Positions 27,645 to 37,380 of a stretch of DNA of 64,000 nt are shown piece after piece (within the stretch, counting starts at the first letter, position 1; every line of letters starts with the position of its first letter). The notes beneath the pieces were generated by a model. The model was not told the DNA's origin. It was given only the letters and a program-made list of their open reading frames with translations, and searched no databases. The stretch is from Planctomycetota bacterium (GTDB lineage Bacteria; Planctomycetota; Planctomycetia; Pirellulales; Pirellulaceae). The stretch spans positions 21,007-85,006 of the forward strand of contig JBPOJB010000032.1 in the NCBI GenBank assembly GCA_052034005.1, given 5' to 3'. Made by a program: the position numbers and the translations under genes.

Positions 27645-29261
27645 TCAATGCTGCGCACTCGCGAGCCGCGGATCATCGAGATCCAGGCGATACATGATCT
27701 GGTTGTAATCGTACCGCGGCGTCGGTGTCGGATTGCCCGAGAAGCTGGTCGTGTAGGTGCCTTCGAAATAGATCACGCGCCCGCCGTCCTGATCGAAGAA
27801 CGGGTGGTGGACGGGGTTGTAGAAACTGTATCGGTCGTGCGTCACGATCTTCTTCGCGCAGCGCCAGGGCCCGGTCAGCTCCGGAGCTTCCGCATACCAG
27901 ATCTCGCCCAGCATGGACGTGCCGCCCGACTGGCAGGCGATCGCAATCCACTTCTGACGATATTCGTTCCAAGCCACGCTGCCGCGATGCAGATGGACAG
28001 GCTGCTGCGAATCCACATCGAGCGGCACATAGCAGGCCTCCTCCTGGCGGATCGCCCCCGCCGCGATCCACTGCCGCTGCAGCGCGACGTCCGCCGGCTG
28101 AGCGTCCTTGTGCCAGCCGAAGACGACGCGACCCGTCGCATCGCGCGTGAACCGCGGGTTGGCCGGATCGCTGCCCGGCTCCAGGCATGTCCAGGCTTCC
28201 CAGCTGTCGGCCGCCGCGAAATCCTTGAGCGTGGCGGGAACCCGCACGGTCGGGAAGACCTCGCCCAGATAGACATACTCCGATGTGCCGTCAGGATGGC
28301 GGATAGGATGCGCTTGACCAGGGAACCGCCAGCGCTCGCGCATCTCCAGCGGCATCGGCGTGTCGAACTGCTGTGCCTCGTCGTCATAGATGGCCAGCCC
28401 GTGATCGAGCATCGTTCCCAGGTCTTTCATGTGCGCGTAATGGCACACCAGGCGGTCGCGGCCCGCTTCGTCGCGAAGCACGCACACCGCATCGATCCAC
28501 ACGGGCCCTGTCTTGACCCCCAGACGCGCCATCGGACGGCTGAACCCGTCCTCTCCCACGAAATACTCCAAGTCCACCGCGCGATCGGGGTCCGCAGTCG
28601 GACCCGGCAGGTCGGAGGTGGCTCCGGCCATCCAGAAGTGACCCAATGGGTATCGCAGCCGGTTGGTATCGCCCCAGAACCAGTAAATCCGGTCGCGATA
28701 CACCGCGGCCATCACCGAGTCCTGGCCGGCGACCTGGCCCGTGCCCCGCGGCTCGCGCAGCGGTACCGGCTTGCCCAGCCGCAGGCTGGCGTCATAGATC
28801 CCCTCGCCCGTGATCCGGTACAAGCGCTCCGCGATGTTGGTCCGACAGACCTGCACGACCGCCTCTCGGCCGGGTTCGGGAGTGAGCACCAGCCCGGCGA
28901 AACCGAACCCGTCCTTGGCATAGGTGTAACCATGGCTCTGGACATGGAAGAACACGGGTCGGCCGATCAGGTCGAGATCGTCCAGGGCGATCCAGCCGGC
29001 GCTGTCGGTCACATACCGCTGGTGGTGAACGGTTTCCAATTCGACGAGTGGCACGCCGCGGCCGGTTTCGGAGTCCACCACCTGGATGCCGAAGAAACGT
29101 GGCGGGCAGGCCTGTTGGGGTGCAGCGCCCAGAGTGGTGCGCGCGACACCGGCGACGCACATGCCGGTGAGGATGTACCCGAGGGTTTGCAGGCTGCGCC
29201 ATCGCCGGACAGGCTGCCATGGTGTTGTGACATCGGTCGTGCGATATCTCGAGGTCGTCAT
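27645..29261 (-). CDS. Hypothetical membrane-anchored/secreted protein: N-terminal CarboxypepD_reg-like beta-sandwich plus ~400-aa unknown domain, 538 aa
   Basis: The reading frame has good GC3 and a hydrophobic anchor (LGYILTGMCVAGVA). The segment FFGIQVVDSETGRGVPLVELETV...FFHVQSHGY resembles carboxypeptidase-regulatory-like domains. The remainder (RIYWFWGDTN..., SFYNPVHHPFFDQDGGRVIYFEGTYT) is not recognisable to me. Confidence 0.7.
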   Translation of the reverse strand: MTTSRYRTTDVTTPWQPVRRWRSLQTLGYILTGMCVAGVARTTLGAAPQQACPPRFFGIQVVDSETGRGVPLVELETVHHQRYVTDSAGWIALDDLDLIGRPVFFHVQSHGYTYAKDGFGFAGLVLTPEPGREAVVQVCRTNIAERLYRITGEGIYDASLRLGKPVPLREPRGTGQVAGQDSVMAAVYRDRIYWFWGDTNRLRYPLGHFWMAGATSDLPGPTADPDRAVDLEYFVGEDGFSRPMARLGVKTGPVWIDAVCVLRDEAGRDRLVCHYAHMKDLGTMLDHGLAIYDDEAQQFDTPMPLEMRERWRFPGQAHPIRHPDGTSEYVYLGEVFPTVRVPATLKDFAAADSWEAWTCLEPGSDPANPRFTRDATGRVVFGWHKDAQPADVALQRQWIAAGAIRQEEACYVPLDVDSQQPVHLHRGSVAWNEYRQKWIAIACQSGGTSMLGEIWYAEAPELTGPWRCAKKIVTHDRYSFYNPVHHPFFDQDGGRVIYFEGTYTTSFSGNPTPTPRYDYNQIMYRLDLDDPRLASAQH

Positions 29262-29654
29262 CGGTATGCCTCACGGTGGATTACTCGGGCGCCCGCCGGG
29301 CAGCGAGTCATCTTACGCGCTACCGGCGCGGAGAGCCACGCCGGCACGGTCCTGTCTCCCATCACGGCGGCAGCCGACAGGGGCGGCCCCCTGGATCCGA
29401 GGCGCCGGATCGGATAGCACTGGTGGCACGACCGCAAGCGGGGCCGGATGCAAGATCCGCCGCGGTGTGCCGAATCGCCCCCTACGATCGGGCCCCCGGC
29501 GCGCGGGCGGGACGGACCTCCCGACGAACGAGCGGTTCTTGGCGCCGCCGGGAAACCGGCGGCGGCCGAGCAGGGTATGGGGTATCGGATGCATTGCCGG
29601 CCGCCGAGGTGACGGTTCCCGCATCACTGTACCAGTTTGGGAAAGGAACGACAA

Positions 29655-31523
29655 ATGAAACGGCTGTTGTGTGCGACCTGTGTGTTGTTGCTCGCTGGGA
29701 TATCCGCGGCAAGCGCGACCGACGCGAGTCGGAACGTGGACGTCCGCCGCGGCGTGCCGGACGACGTGTTTTTGGCCGTCTACGGCAAGCACAATCCGGA
29801 ACGGGATTACCAGCGGCGGTATTACGACGAAGTCTGGCAGACCGTCCAGAAGACGAAGATCATGGACAAGGTCGTCCAGATGGTGACGGCCCAGATGAGT
29901 AGCGAGGACTACGACAAGGCCAAGGGCGTGGTCGACGAGCTGCGTGAGGCGACCAAGGGGATCGACATCAAGGCGCTGGCCGACGCTCAGGAGATCGTGT
30001 ATGCCCAGTGGATGCAGATGGCGCCGATGCCGACCTCCCAGCACCTGTTGATCCTCCGCGTCACGCCCGAGGCGGCCGCGTCCACGGCCGAAGGTGTGAA
30101 GAACCTGCTGGCCCTGGCCGAGCGCTACTCGGGGGGCGAAGTCACCGTGTCGCAACGCGAGGAAGCGGGCGCTCAGGTCTACGGCCTGGTCCTGCCTCCG
30201 CAGGTTCCGTTCCAGCCGGCGGTGGCGCACATGGGCGACCTGTTCCTGTTCTGTTCGTCGCGCGACCTGCTGAGCGACAGCCTGCAGCTGCTTGCCGGCG
30301 GCTCGGGCGCCTGCAAGTTCGACGATCCGCGCTTGAAGGCCGCCCTGCGGCAGCTGCCGGAAATGGAGGACAGCCTGGTCTTCTATGACGGCCGGGCGCA
30401 GTTCGCCGCCTTGCGCCGTCTGGGTGGGTTTCTACAACAGGTCGGACGAGGCGACTCGAATGTCGAACTCGTCACGAGGATCCTGGACAAGCTCTGGGAC
30501 GATGTGGCGATCATCGACTTCGAGGTCACCGTGGAGTACACCGAAGGCAATCTGAACCGGTCGGCCACCTACGGCAAGCTGCTCCCGGGCACCGAGGATG
30601 CCACCCTGCGCAAGATGCTTTCCGGCGGGCAGGCATTCGAGAAGTGGTACGCCTGGGTCCCCGCCGGCGCGCTGTCGTACTCGGTGTGCAAGGGTGTGAA
30701 CCTGCACCTGCTCTACGAGCGGATCCTGGCCGTATTGCAGGAGGACGTGCCCGCCGCCGCTCCGGCCCTGGAGCAGTTCGAGGCGATCCAGGCACAGTTG
30801 GACCTGCACCTGGACCGCGACATCCTCCAGGCTTTCCCGGGCGAGCATGTGTCGGTCACCTTGCCGGCGGCCAAGGGCAAGCGGCCCGAATCGGTCGTCG
30901 CGCTGCGCTGCACGAAGCCTGATCGGATCAAGGAGCTGCTCCACCGGGCCATGGCGGCTGTGCAGCAGATCAAGGAGCCGATAGTCCAGGCCCAGCAACC
31001 GAAGTTCGTGGAGAGCGAGGAACTGGAAGGGTTCGAAGCCTTGTCCCTGGCCGTCTTGAATGCGTTCCAGGTGCGCCCGGTCTTCGGTTTCCAGGACGGC
31101 TGGCTGTACATCGGATCGAGCGCCGATGCGGTGAAGAAGGTGCTGGCGACCAAGGCGGGCCGGGGCGAGACGGTGGAAGGGACCGAGGCGTTCCGGAAAC
31201 TGAGACTCGACGTGGACGGTCCCGTCGACTCCATCGCCTACAAGAACACGGCCGAACAGGTGCACGCGGTCGCCGACATGCTTGACCAGCTGGGCATCAC
31301 GATCCCGATGGTCATGGCCATGGTTCCCACCGGCGCGAGCCAGGACGACCTGAAACCGTTCCAGGCGATCCTTTCGCTGCTGCCGGACGTGTCGAAGATC
31401 GTGCGGAAGTTCGATTTCCTGGAGGCCAATGTGACGGTCGTGCAACCTGGCAGCGACCCGGGCAGCTACGAGAAACGTTCTGTCACCGTAGTGCGTCCGG
31501 CCGACGCGGCGTCTGCCGAGTAG
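29655..31523 (+). CDS. Hypothetical secreted protein (possibly DUF3352-like), 622 aa
   Basis: ORF 29637..31523 was trimmed to the ATG at 29655 (MKRLLCATCVLLLAGISAASA, a signal peptide), with GAAAGGAA upstream. The amino-acid composition is balanced and GC3 is high. I recognise no catalytic motif. Confidence 0.7.
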   Translation: MKRLLCATCVLLLAGISAASATDASRNVDVRRGVPDDVFLAVYGKHNPERDYQRRYYDEVWQTVQKTKIMDKVVQMVTAQMSSEDYDKAKGVVDELREATKGIDIKALADAQEIVYAQWMQMAPMPTSQHLLILRVTPEAAASTAEGVKNLLALAERYSGGEVTVSQREEAGAQVYGLVLPPQVPFQPAVAHMGDLFLFCSSRDLLSDSLQLLAGGSGACKFDDPRLKAALRQLPEMEDSLVFYDGRAQFAALRRLGGFLQQVGRGDSNVELVTRILDKLWDDVAIIDFEVTVEYTEGNLNRSATYGKLLPGTEDATLRKMLSGGQAFEKWYAWVPAGALSYSVCKGVNLHLLYERILAVLQEDVPAAAPALEQFEAIQAQLDLHLDRDILQAFPGEHVSVTLPAAKGKRPESVVALRCTKPDRIKELLHRAMAAVQQIKEPIVQAQQPKFVESEELEGFEALSLAVLNAFQVRPVFGFQDGWLYIGSSADAVKKVLATKAGRGETVEGTEAFRKLRLDVDGPVDSIAYKNTAEQVHAVADMLDQLGITIPMVMAMVPTGASQDDLKPFQAILSLLPDVSKIVRKFDFLEANVTVVQPGSDPGSYEKRSVTVVRPADAASAE

Positions 31524-31550
31524 GCGTCGACGGGCGGGAAGCGTTAGTCT

Positions 31551-31601
31551 CGGCGGCTTCGGGCATGCGGCGTTGTATTGCCGAGTGGCCCGAAGCTGCC
31601 G
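31551..31601. terminator. Strong hairpin (14-bp stem, 23-nt loop with inner mini-stem) between convergent genes; candidate bidirectional terminator
   Basis: cggcggcttcgggc (31551..31564) pairs with gcccgaagctgccg (31588..31601), with one G-U pair. It lies 28 nt after the TAG at 31521..31523 and 58 nt from the stop of the DUF4340 gene. Confidence 0.45.
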
Positions 31602-31658
31602 GCGTCCCCGGCTCGCCCGGCGGCACTCAGGTGCCCGGGCGGGCCGCGGGGCTACGGT

Positions 31659-33320
31659 TTACGGTTCGGTGTCGAAGGGCATGCCGGCCGGCGGCGGTGT
31701 CTGGGGGCCTTCGTCGGGCTTCTTCCCTTCGACTCCTTCTTTCTCCAGCTGCCGCAGGGCGTCCACACCGAACCCTTCCTCCGCGGCCGACGCTTTCTCG
31801 GAGATCAAGTCGTTGCGGCCCAGGTGGACTTTCTTGTACTCATCCTCGGCGATGATGTAATACCAATCGGCGAAGCGGGCGTTGAGCTCGGCGATTTGCG
31901 TTCTGGCCTTCTTGAGCTTCTCGTCGCGCTCATCCTGCTTGCGCTGGTTCTCTTTCCGCACCCGTTCGCGTTCCAACTCGAGGTCGGTCATCTCTGCCGC
32001 GGGCTTTTCCTTGGCCTCCTCCGGCTTGGCCGCCTCGTCGCCGTCCGGCTTGGGTGCCTCGGTCGCGGCCGTTTCGTCGCCGACCGGTTTCGGTTCTTCC
32101 TGCGCCGCGTCCGGCGAATCGCCGCCCGGGAGCGGTTCGAGTTGCAGGGGCGGGAATTTCGATTCATCCAGCCGGGCGGTGACGAACAGGTAGCGGTTGA
32201 TCTTTCCTTCCTGGCCCGCGTCCTGTCCGACGCTCTCGATCTCGCCGAACCGCAGGAGGTATTCGACTCCGGTCTTGAGGCTGACGAGCACTTCGCCGTT
32301 GGCGGCCAGGATTTCCGGCTCGCCCGTCTGGGTATTGCTCAAGTAGAAGCCGCGCGCCATCAACGACCGCTGACTCTCTTCGTTGTTGAGGAAGTCGGTG
32401 CCGGCTTTCAGGTCCGCGCCCAAGCCGGTGGGCTTGCGCAGCACGCCCACGATCTTCATGTCGCCGAGCGCCGTCTTGAACTCATTGAGTTTCTGGGTGT
32501 TGAGTTCTTCGGTCGGCAGCAACTCGGTGGGCCGCTTCTCGCCGCCTCGGTATTGGACCAGCTCGTCCAGGACCCACTTGCTCTGATCGGAGTTCCAGGT
32601 CACCTGCGCTTCGAAGCGCTTGTCAATCGTTCCGCGCAGGCCGGTCAGGGTCTGGGTGGTGACGATGGCATAGTCTTTCAGGGTGGCGTGTTCGACATCC
32701 AGCGTGTTGATCTTCAGCAGGTTGCGTTCGATCCATTTCTCGAACTCGGTCGGGAACTTCTCCGGGTCGATTTTGACGACATACACCTGGGATTGTCCGG
32801 GCTTGCGCACGAAATGCTGATCGGCTTCGCCCTTGACGCCCTTGCCGATGATGAGCTTGGCAAGCTCCTTGCCCTTCGCATCTTTGACGGCGACCAGCAG
32901 GCCGACACCTTCCTGGCTGGCGTCGAGTTTCTGTTTGTCCGGTTCGATCACGCCGAACACCTGGTGGTCTTTCGGGTCCTCCGACGCGATCCCGATGACG
33001 TTCAAGTCGATCAGTGCGCCGGCCGCATCCTTCATCTGGTTCTCCGCGTCCGCCGGGTAATTCGAGCTGGAGGGGATCGTCCAGAGCCGCGAGGTGGCGC
33101 TCCGCACGACTTCAAATTCCTGGAGCTGGCCGAGGCCCTCGGTGAACTTGGTGATCTTCAGCTCGGCGGCCGAGGCGGGATCGGTGAACTCGGGGAACAT
33201 CGCTTTGCCCAGCAGTTCGGGTGGCCGATACTCCTCCTGCTTCGGGTAAGTGAACACGGCAACCAATACTGCCACCACTGCCACGGCGGCAAAGATGACT
33301 GTCTTGATCGACTCGGACAT
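31659..33320 (-). CDS. DUF4340-like protein, N-terminal membrane anchor, charged C-terminal tail, 553 aa
   Basis: It has an N-terminal TM segment (TVIFAAVAVVAVLVAVF). It is the last gene of the ABC-ATPase / GldFG operon, which is the usual position of DUF4340 proteins. A GAGGAG SD lies 7 nt upstream of the ATG at 33320. The C-terminal ~130 aa are Glu/Lys/Pro-rich and contain a coiled-coil-like segment. Confidence 0.7.
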   Translation of the reverse strand: MSESIKTVIFAAVAVVAVLVAVFTYPKQEEYRPPELLGKAMFPEFTDPASAAELKITKFTEGLGQLQEFEVVRSATSRLWTIPSSSNYPADAENQMKDAAGALIDLNVIGIASEDPKDHQVFGVIEPDKQKLDASQEGVGLLVAVKDAKGKELAKLIIGKGVKGEADQHFVRKPGQSQVYVVKIDPEKFPTEFEKWIERNLLKINTLDVEHATLKDYAIVTTQTLTGLRGTIDKRFEAQVTWNSDQSKWVLDELVQYRGGEKRPTELLPTEELNTQKLNEFKTALGDMKIVGVLRKPTGLGADLKAGTDFLNNEESQRSLMARGFYLSNTQTGEPEILAANGEVLVSLKTGVEYLLRFGEIESVGQDAGQEGKINRYLFVTARLDESKFPPLQLEPLPGGDSPDAAQEEPKPVGDETAATEAPKPDGDEAAKPEEAKEKPAAEMTDLELERERVRKENQRKQDERDEKLKKARTQIAELNARFADWYYIIAEDEYKKVHLGRNDLISEKASAAEEGFGVDALRQLEKEGVEGKKPDEGPQTPPPAGMPFDTEP

Positions 33321-33340
33321 GCGGATACTCCTCGCTTTGG

Positions 33341-36300
33341 CTAACGCAATCGCGATTTCTCAATGCCTTCCCGTTCGCGCAATCGCCGCTGGACAAACAC
33401 CACCACGCCGACCAGGAAGGGCGGTATCCAGGGGATGGCCACGGCCCAGAACTTGTAGGTGAACTGCATGCGCTGGATCTCCAGCCCCACCTCGCGCTGG
33501 ATCCGCTCGATGTCGCGATCGCGATCGCGTTCGAACCGCTGATTCATGATCTGCAAGCGGCGGTCGAGCACTTTCTGTTGTTCGCCCAGCTGCTGCATTT
33601 TCACCCGGAAGTCCGCCTCGTCGATCTTCTCGCCGGCGTCCTTCTTCTTCTGCAAGTCCTCCACGATCTTGCGGAACTCCTGCAGCACCCGTTCGTTCTC
33701 GGCTTCCGCGTCCTTCTTCGCATCATTGCATTTGGACCGGCACTCGGCGCTCTTCGTGTACTCCTCCTTGCGCGCTTCCTCGACACGGTCCTCGACCACG
33801 CGGAGCGTGGTGTAGCGCGGCTTCCGCTTGCGGATCGGAATGTACTCGGTGTCGGACGACAGGGTATCGATGATGTTGAGCACGAACGTGACGTTCTCGA
33901 ATTCCCAGCGGATCCCCTCCTGGTCCTGGCCCTCTTGGGGCCGGGCGCGGATGCGCACGAAGGCGGGGAACAGCAGGTCGATGTCGGCCACGTAGACCAC
34001 CTTGATTGGGCCGTCCGCGTCGGCCGGCTCTTCAGGCTCGGGCGCTTCCGCCGCATCGGCCTTCTGGTCATCCTTCTGCGGTTCGGCGGCCTGCTTGTCC
34101 TCGTCGGCCGCCGCCGGTGCCTTGTCGGACGAAGCGCCGGCCTTCTTGTCGCTCGGCACGCTCTGGATGTGGGCGGCGAGCGTCAGGCTTTCGCGATGGC
34201 GCTGCAGGGCCCGCAACATGGACGGATCGCGCGAGTGCTGAATCAGCTGCTCGTAGCCGATCGTACCGGAGGGCTCGCGGGTGGAGAGCAACTTCGTGAA
34301 CTTCAGGTCGCTGGAGGCGGCCGATTCGAGCGCGCCCGGGTAGGGCAGGAACACCTCGTTCAGGCCGGACGTGATGTCGCTTTCGGAGCTGATCAGGCCG
34401 GGGATCCCCGGGTCTTCGCGGACGAAGACCCATTCGTCCGGGATCCCTTCCACCTGCAGCTTGGGATAGGGATTGAACCGCTGCCACACCAGGTCCGGCT
34501 GATAGAGCATCTCGGGGCCCATCGAGCCGGACGATTGGATGCCGATCACCTCCCAGAGTCTCCTGATGTCGCCCTTGGGCAGGGGTCGTCCGCCGCCGAA
34601 CATGCCGCCGGGCATCTGCTTCGGCTGGCCCGTGCCCGGCACCCCGGTGAACTGGGCCATGAAGGTCGGCAGCGGGTCCTCGAAGATGGCGGTGGGGATC
34701 CCGCTCCGGATCGCCTGGATCAGGAACTCCAGCCCCTCCGGGGGCAGCGACGAGGGCTGGACGGCCAGCAGCACATCGTAGCGGTCTTTCGCCACCGGCT
34801 GAGTCATGTCGACTTCTTCGACGTCGTACTGCTTCTCCAGCTCCTCGACGATGGCCTGCCGGGGCACCTGCGTCGGCTGTCCGCCGGCGAAGGAGAAGCC
34901 GCCCAGCAGTTGCGCGTCGGTTCGCACGACGCCGATCGTCTTGCGGGTCGTCTTGGCGACCGTGTTGATCGAGCGGATCAGCTCGTATTCCACCGGGATG
35001 CCGTAGTCGAAGAACGGCACGACGACCTTCTGCAGTCCGCAGCGGAACGCGGCGCCGAGGATCAGTTTTTCATCGGTGATCGCGCCACGCGAGTAACTGC
35101 GGATCTGTTCCGGCCGGATGTTGTACTGCTCCTCGGCCAACGCCGCCTCTTCGCTGAACGTCTCCAGGTCATTGTGGATATTGACGCGGATCTTGTCGCC
35201 CGCCAGGGCCTGGAACTCCTTGAGCTTGGAGAGCAGGTCGAGGCGCGTTCGCTGGTACTGCTCCGGCACATCCGCGCTGATGAAGGCATCGATGTAGATC
35301 AGGTGCTCCGGCTCCAAGCCGCGGATCAGCTGCCTGGTCTCCAACGACAGCGAGCTGATCCCGGCGTCGGTCATGTCCTTGCGGATGCGGTCGTGGCCCG
35401 AGAAGAACGCGGCCACGCTCAATGCCAAGACCACCATGGCGCAGGACCGGCACAGATAGTGCCAGAACAACGTCTGGCCGTCCCGGCCGCCATACCAATG
35501 CCGCGCGCCGATCAGCAACATGCTCAGGTACAACCCGACCACGATGATCAGCACGAAGTACACGATCGACGACAGGCTGACCACGCCGCGACCGAACGGG
35601 TCGAACTGCGAGGCGATGCTCCAGTCCGACACGAGGCGCGACAAGTTGACCTGCGAGAGGAGCGGCCAATCCACCTTGCTCGGCAGCACGTCGGCCATCT
35701 TCATGAACACCAGGGGCATGTTGAAGAGCAAGCCGAGGATGAAGCCGATCGTCAGGTTCTTGGTGAGGAAGGAGGCCACCATGCCGATCGAGATCATGGC
35801 CAGGCCCGTGAGCCAATAGCCGAGATAGGTCGTGAGGAACAGCCCCAGGTCGACGTCGCCCATGGCCAGCGACAAGAGGACCAGGAAGTTCGAGAGCTGC
35901 GAGAACAGCAGCGACGCGGTGAAGATCGCCGACGCCGCCAGATACTTGCCGATCACGATGTCGAAGTCCGCGGCCGGGAGCGTCAGCAGCAGCTCGTCCG
36001 TGCCCTGCCGGCGCTCGTCCGCCCAGATGCTCATCGTGATGGCCGGAATGAATACCAACAGAATGCCGGGCAGGTACAGGTTCAGCTGGTCCAGGTTGGC
36101 CAGGTTCGCCGCGAAGAACTCGTGCGGCCAGAACGCCGCGAACGAGGAGAGCAGCACGAACAGACAGAGGAACGCGTAGCCGGTCGGATTGCTGAAATAA
36201 CCGACGAAATTCCGCTTGAGCACGGCGAAGGCCGCCCGCTTGTACAGCACCAGCGGGACCAGCGCCAGCATCAGCACCACGACGAACGCAAGGTCGATCA

Positions 36301-36343
36301 GCAGGAGAAACAGCAGTTCTCGAAGTATGGCCATGACTTCCAC
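33341..36343 (-). CDS. Fused ABC-2 permease (GldF-like) and GldG-like ABC-associated extracytoplasmic domain protein, 1000 aa
   Basis: The N-terminal ~300 aa contain about 6 TM helices typical of ABC-2 permeases. A large soluble region follows, with the GldG-like pattern (IYIDAFISADVP...LKEFQALAGDKIRVNIHN...). Next come an acidic low-complexity insert (DKKAGASSDKAPAAADEDKQAAEPQKDDQKADAAEAPEPEEPADADGP), a coiled-coil and a final TM helix. The start is GTG at 36343, or ATG at 36334. Confidence 0.75.
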   Translation of the reverse strand: MEVMAILRELLFLLLIDLAFVVVLMLALVPLVLYKRAAFAVLKRNFVGYFSNPTGYAFLCLFVLLSSFAAFWPHEFFAANLANLDQLNLYLPGILLVFIPAITMSIWADERRQGTDELLLTLPAADFDIVIGKYLAASAIFTASLLFSQLSNFLVLLSLAMGDVDLGLFLTTYLGYWLTGLAMISIGMVASFLTKNLTIGFILGLLFNMPLVFMKMADVLPSKVDWPLLSQVNLSRLVSDWSIASQFDPFGRGVVSLSSIVYFVLIIVVGLYLSMLLIGARHWYGGRDGQTLFWHYLCRSCAMVVLALSVAAFFSGHDRIRKDMTDAGISSLSLETRQLIRGLEPEHLIYIDAFISADVPEQYQRTRLDLLSKLKEFQALAGDKIRVNIHNDLETFSEEAALAEEQYNIRPEQIRSYSRGAITDEKLILGAAFRCGLQKVVVPFFDYGIPVEYELIRSINTVAKTTRKTIGVVRTDAQLLGGFSFAGGQPTQVPRQAIVEELEKQYDVEEVDMTQPVAKDRYDVLLAVQPSSLPPEGLEFLIQAIRSGIPTAIFEDPLPTFMAQFTGVPGTGQPKQMPGGMFGGGRPLPKGDIRRLWEVIGIQSSGSMGPEMLYQPDLVWQRFNPYPKLQVEGIPDEWVFVREDPGIPGLISSESDITSGLNEVFLPYPGALESAASSDLKFTKLLSTREPSGTIGYEQLIQHSRDPSMLRALQRHRESLTLAAHIQSVPSDKKAGASSDKAPAAADEDKQAAEPQKDDQKADAAEAPEPEEPADADGPIKVVYVADIDLLFPAFVRIRARPQEGQDQEGIRWEFENVTFVLNIIDTLSSDTEYIPIRKRKPRYTTLRVVEDRVEEARKEEYTKSAECRSKCNDAKKDAEAENERVLQEFRKIVEDLQKKKDAGEKIDEADFRVKMQQLGEQQKVLDRRLQIMNQRFERDRDRDIERIQREVGLEIQRMQFTYKFWAVAIPWIPPFLVGVVVFVQRRLREREGIEKSRLR

Positions 36344-36392
36344 CCGGTCGCAATTCTCAAACTCGATACCTGGAAACGGTCACGCCCAACGC

Positions 36393-37139
36393 TTACCCCG
36401 CCCGCTTGACGGTCAACCGGGCAAACGCCGCGTCCAATCCATGCCGATCCGGATCAAGGTCCTTCACAGCACCGTCGTATTTCAACACTCCGTCATCGAT
36501 CAGGATGACCCGACTCGCCATCGCCTCCACCTCCTGCAGGATGTGCGTCGATAACAGCACCGTCTTCTTCATCTCCCGCAACCGCTCCATCGTGCGACGC
36601 ACCTCCCGGATCTGGTTGGGATCGAGACCCACGGTCGGCTCGTCCAGAATCAACACGTCGGGCTCGTGCAGCAACGCCTGGGCCATGCCCACCCGCTGAC
36701 GATAACCCTTCGACAGCTTGCTGATCGGTTTGTAGATCACCGTGCCCAACGCACACAGGTCCATCACCGCCTCGATCCGCGACTGCTTCTCAGCACGCGT
36801 CATCCCCCGCGCCTCGGCGAAGAACTCCAACAGGCTGAACGGAGTCATGTCCGGGTAGAGCGGGCCGTTCTCGGGCAGATAGCCGAGCCGGGCCGAGCCG
36901 GCCAACCGGGCCTCCTGCATGTCGTGCCCGGCAATACGCGCCGAACCGGCCGAAGGAGACAAGTAGCCCGTCAGCAGCTTCATCGTCGTACTCTTGCCGG
37001 CCCCGTTCGGTCCAAGAAAGGCGACCACCTCGCCCTCCGACACCTGGAAAGTGACGTCCCGAATGGCGGCAAACGGCCCGTAAAACTTCGACAGGCCTAA
37101 CGCTTCGATCATCGCGGTTTTGTTCTTCTGGTCACTCAT
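36393..37139 (-). CDS. ABC transporter ATP-binding protein (GldA-like), 248 aa
   Basis: It has Walker A GPNGAGKST, signature LSKGYRQR, Walker B VLILDEPTVGLD and H-loop LSTH. An alternative start is MIEALGL at 37112. Confidence 0.9.
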   Translation of the reverse strand: MSDQKNKTAMIEALGLSKFYGPFAAIRDVTFQVSEGEVVAFLGPNGAGKSTTMKLLTGYLSPSAGSARIAGHDMQEARLAGSARLGYLPENGPLYPDMTPFSLLEFFAEARGMTRAEKQSRIEAVMDLCALGTVIYKPISKLSKGYRQRVGMAQALLHEPDVLILDEPTVGLDPNQIREVRRTMERLREMKKTVLLSTHILQEVEAMASRVILIDDGVLKYDGAVKDLDPDRHGLDAAFARLTVKRAG

Positions 37140-37351
37140 CCTGCGTTCTCGTCAGAGTTACGCTTGGCTACAGAACCGAGACACCATGCACGGCCACAGG
37201 GCCGGCAGGCGGCCTCCACGTGACACGGCCGGGAAAAAAGTGGGCGCCTGTACATCGCCAGCCGCGGCAGCAGCCGCATCAAAAGCCGGTCAAATTTCGA
37301 TATACGACCCAGCCCTAAGCCCGGTTCGTCCAACACCCACCGGAACGTGTC

Positions 37352-37380
37352 AATTTAGGCGGACTTTGCCGCGCATTCAA
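37352..37380 (-). promoter_or_regulatory. Candidate promoter for the ABC operon: TTGAAT-N17-TAAATT on the minus strand
   Basis: Read as reverse complement, the -35 TTGAAT is at 37380..37375, followed by a 17-nt spacer and the -10 TAAATT at 37357..37352. It sits in the most AT-rich part of the 403-nt gap between nadB and the ABC ATPase gene. This rests on motif evidence only. Confidence 0.3.

Noticed and set aside
29262-29654. 393-nt divergent intergenic region screened for small genes or ncRNA (ORFs 29086..29658, 29276..29902, 29313..30230)
   Set aside because: The candidate ORFs have junk composition and overlap real genes. I could not recognise a riboswitch or a structured RNA consensus by eye. 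This region is left unannotated.
31578-33344. 588-aa plus-strand ORF, together with 33578..36409 (943 aa)
   Set aside because: They are antisense to the DUF4340 and GldFG genes. Their repetitive Leu/Arg/Gly/Val content mirrors the complement of the real codons.
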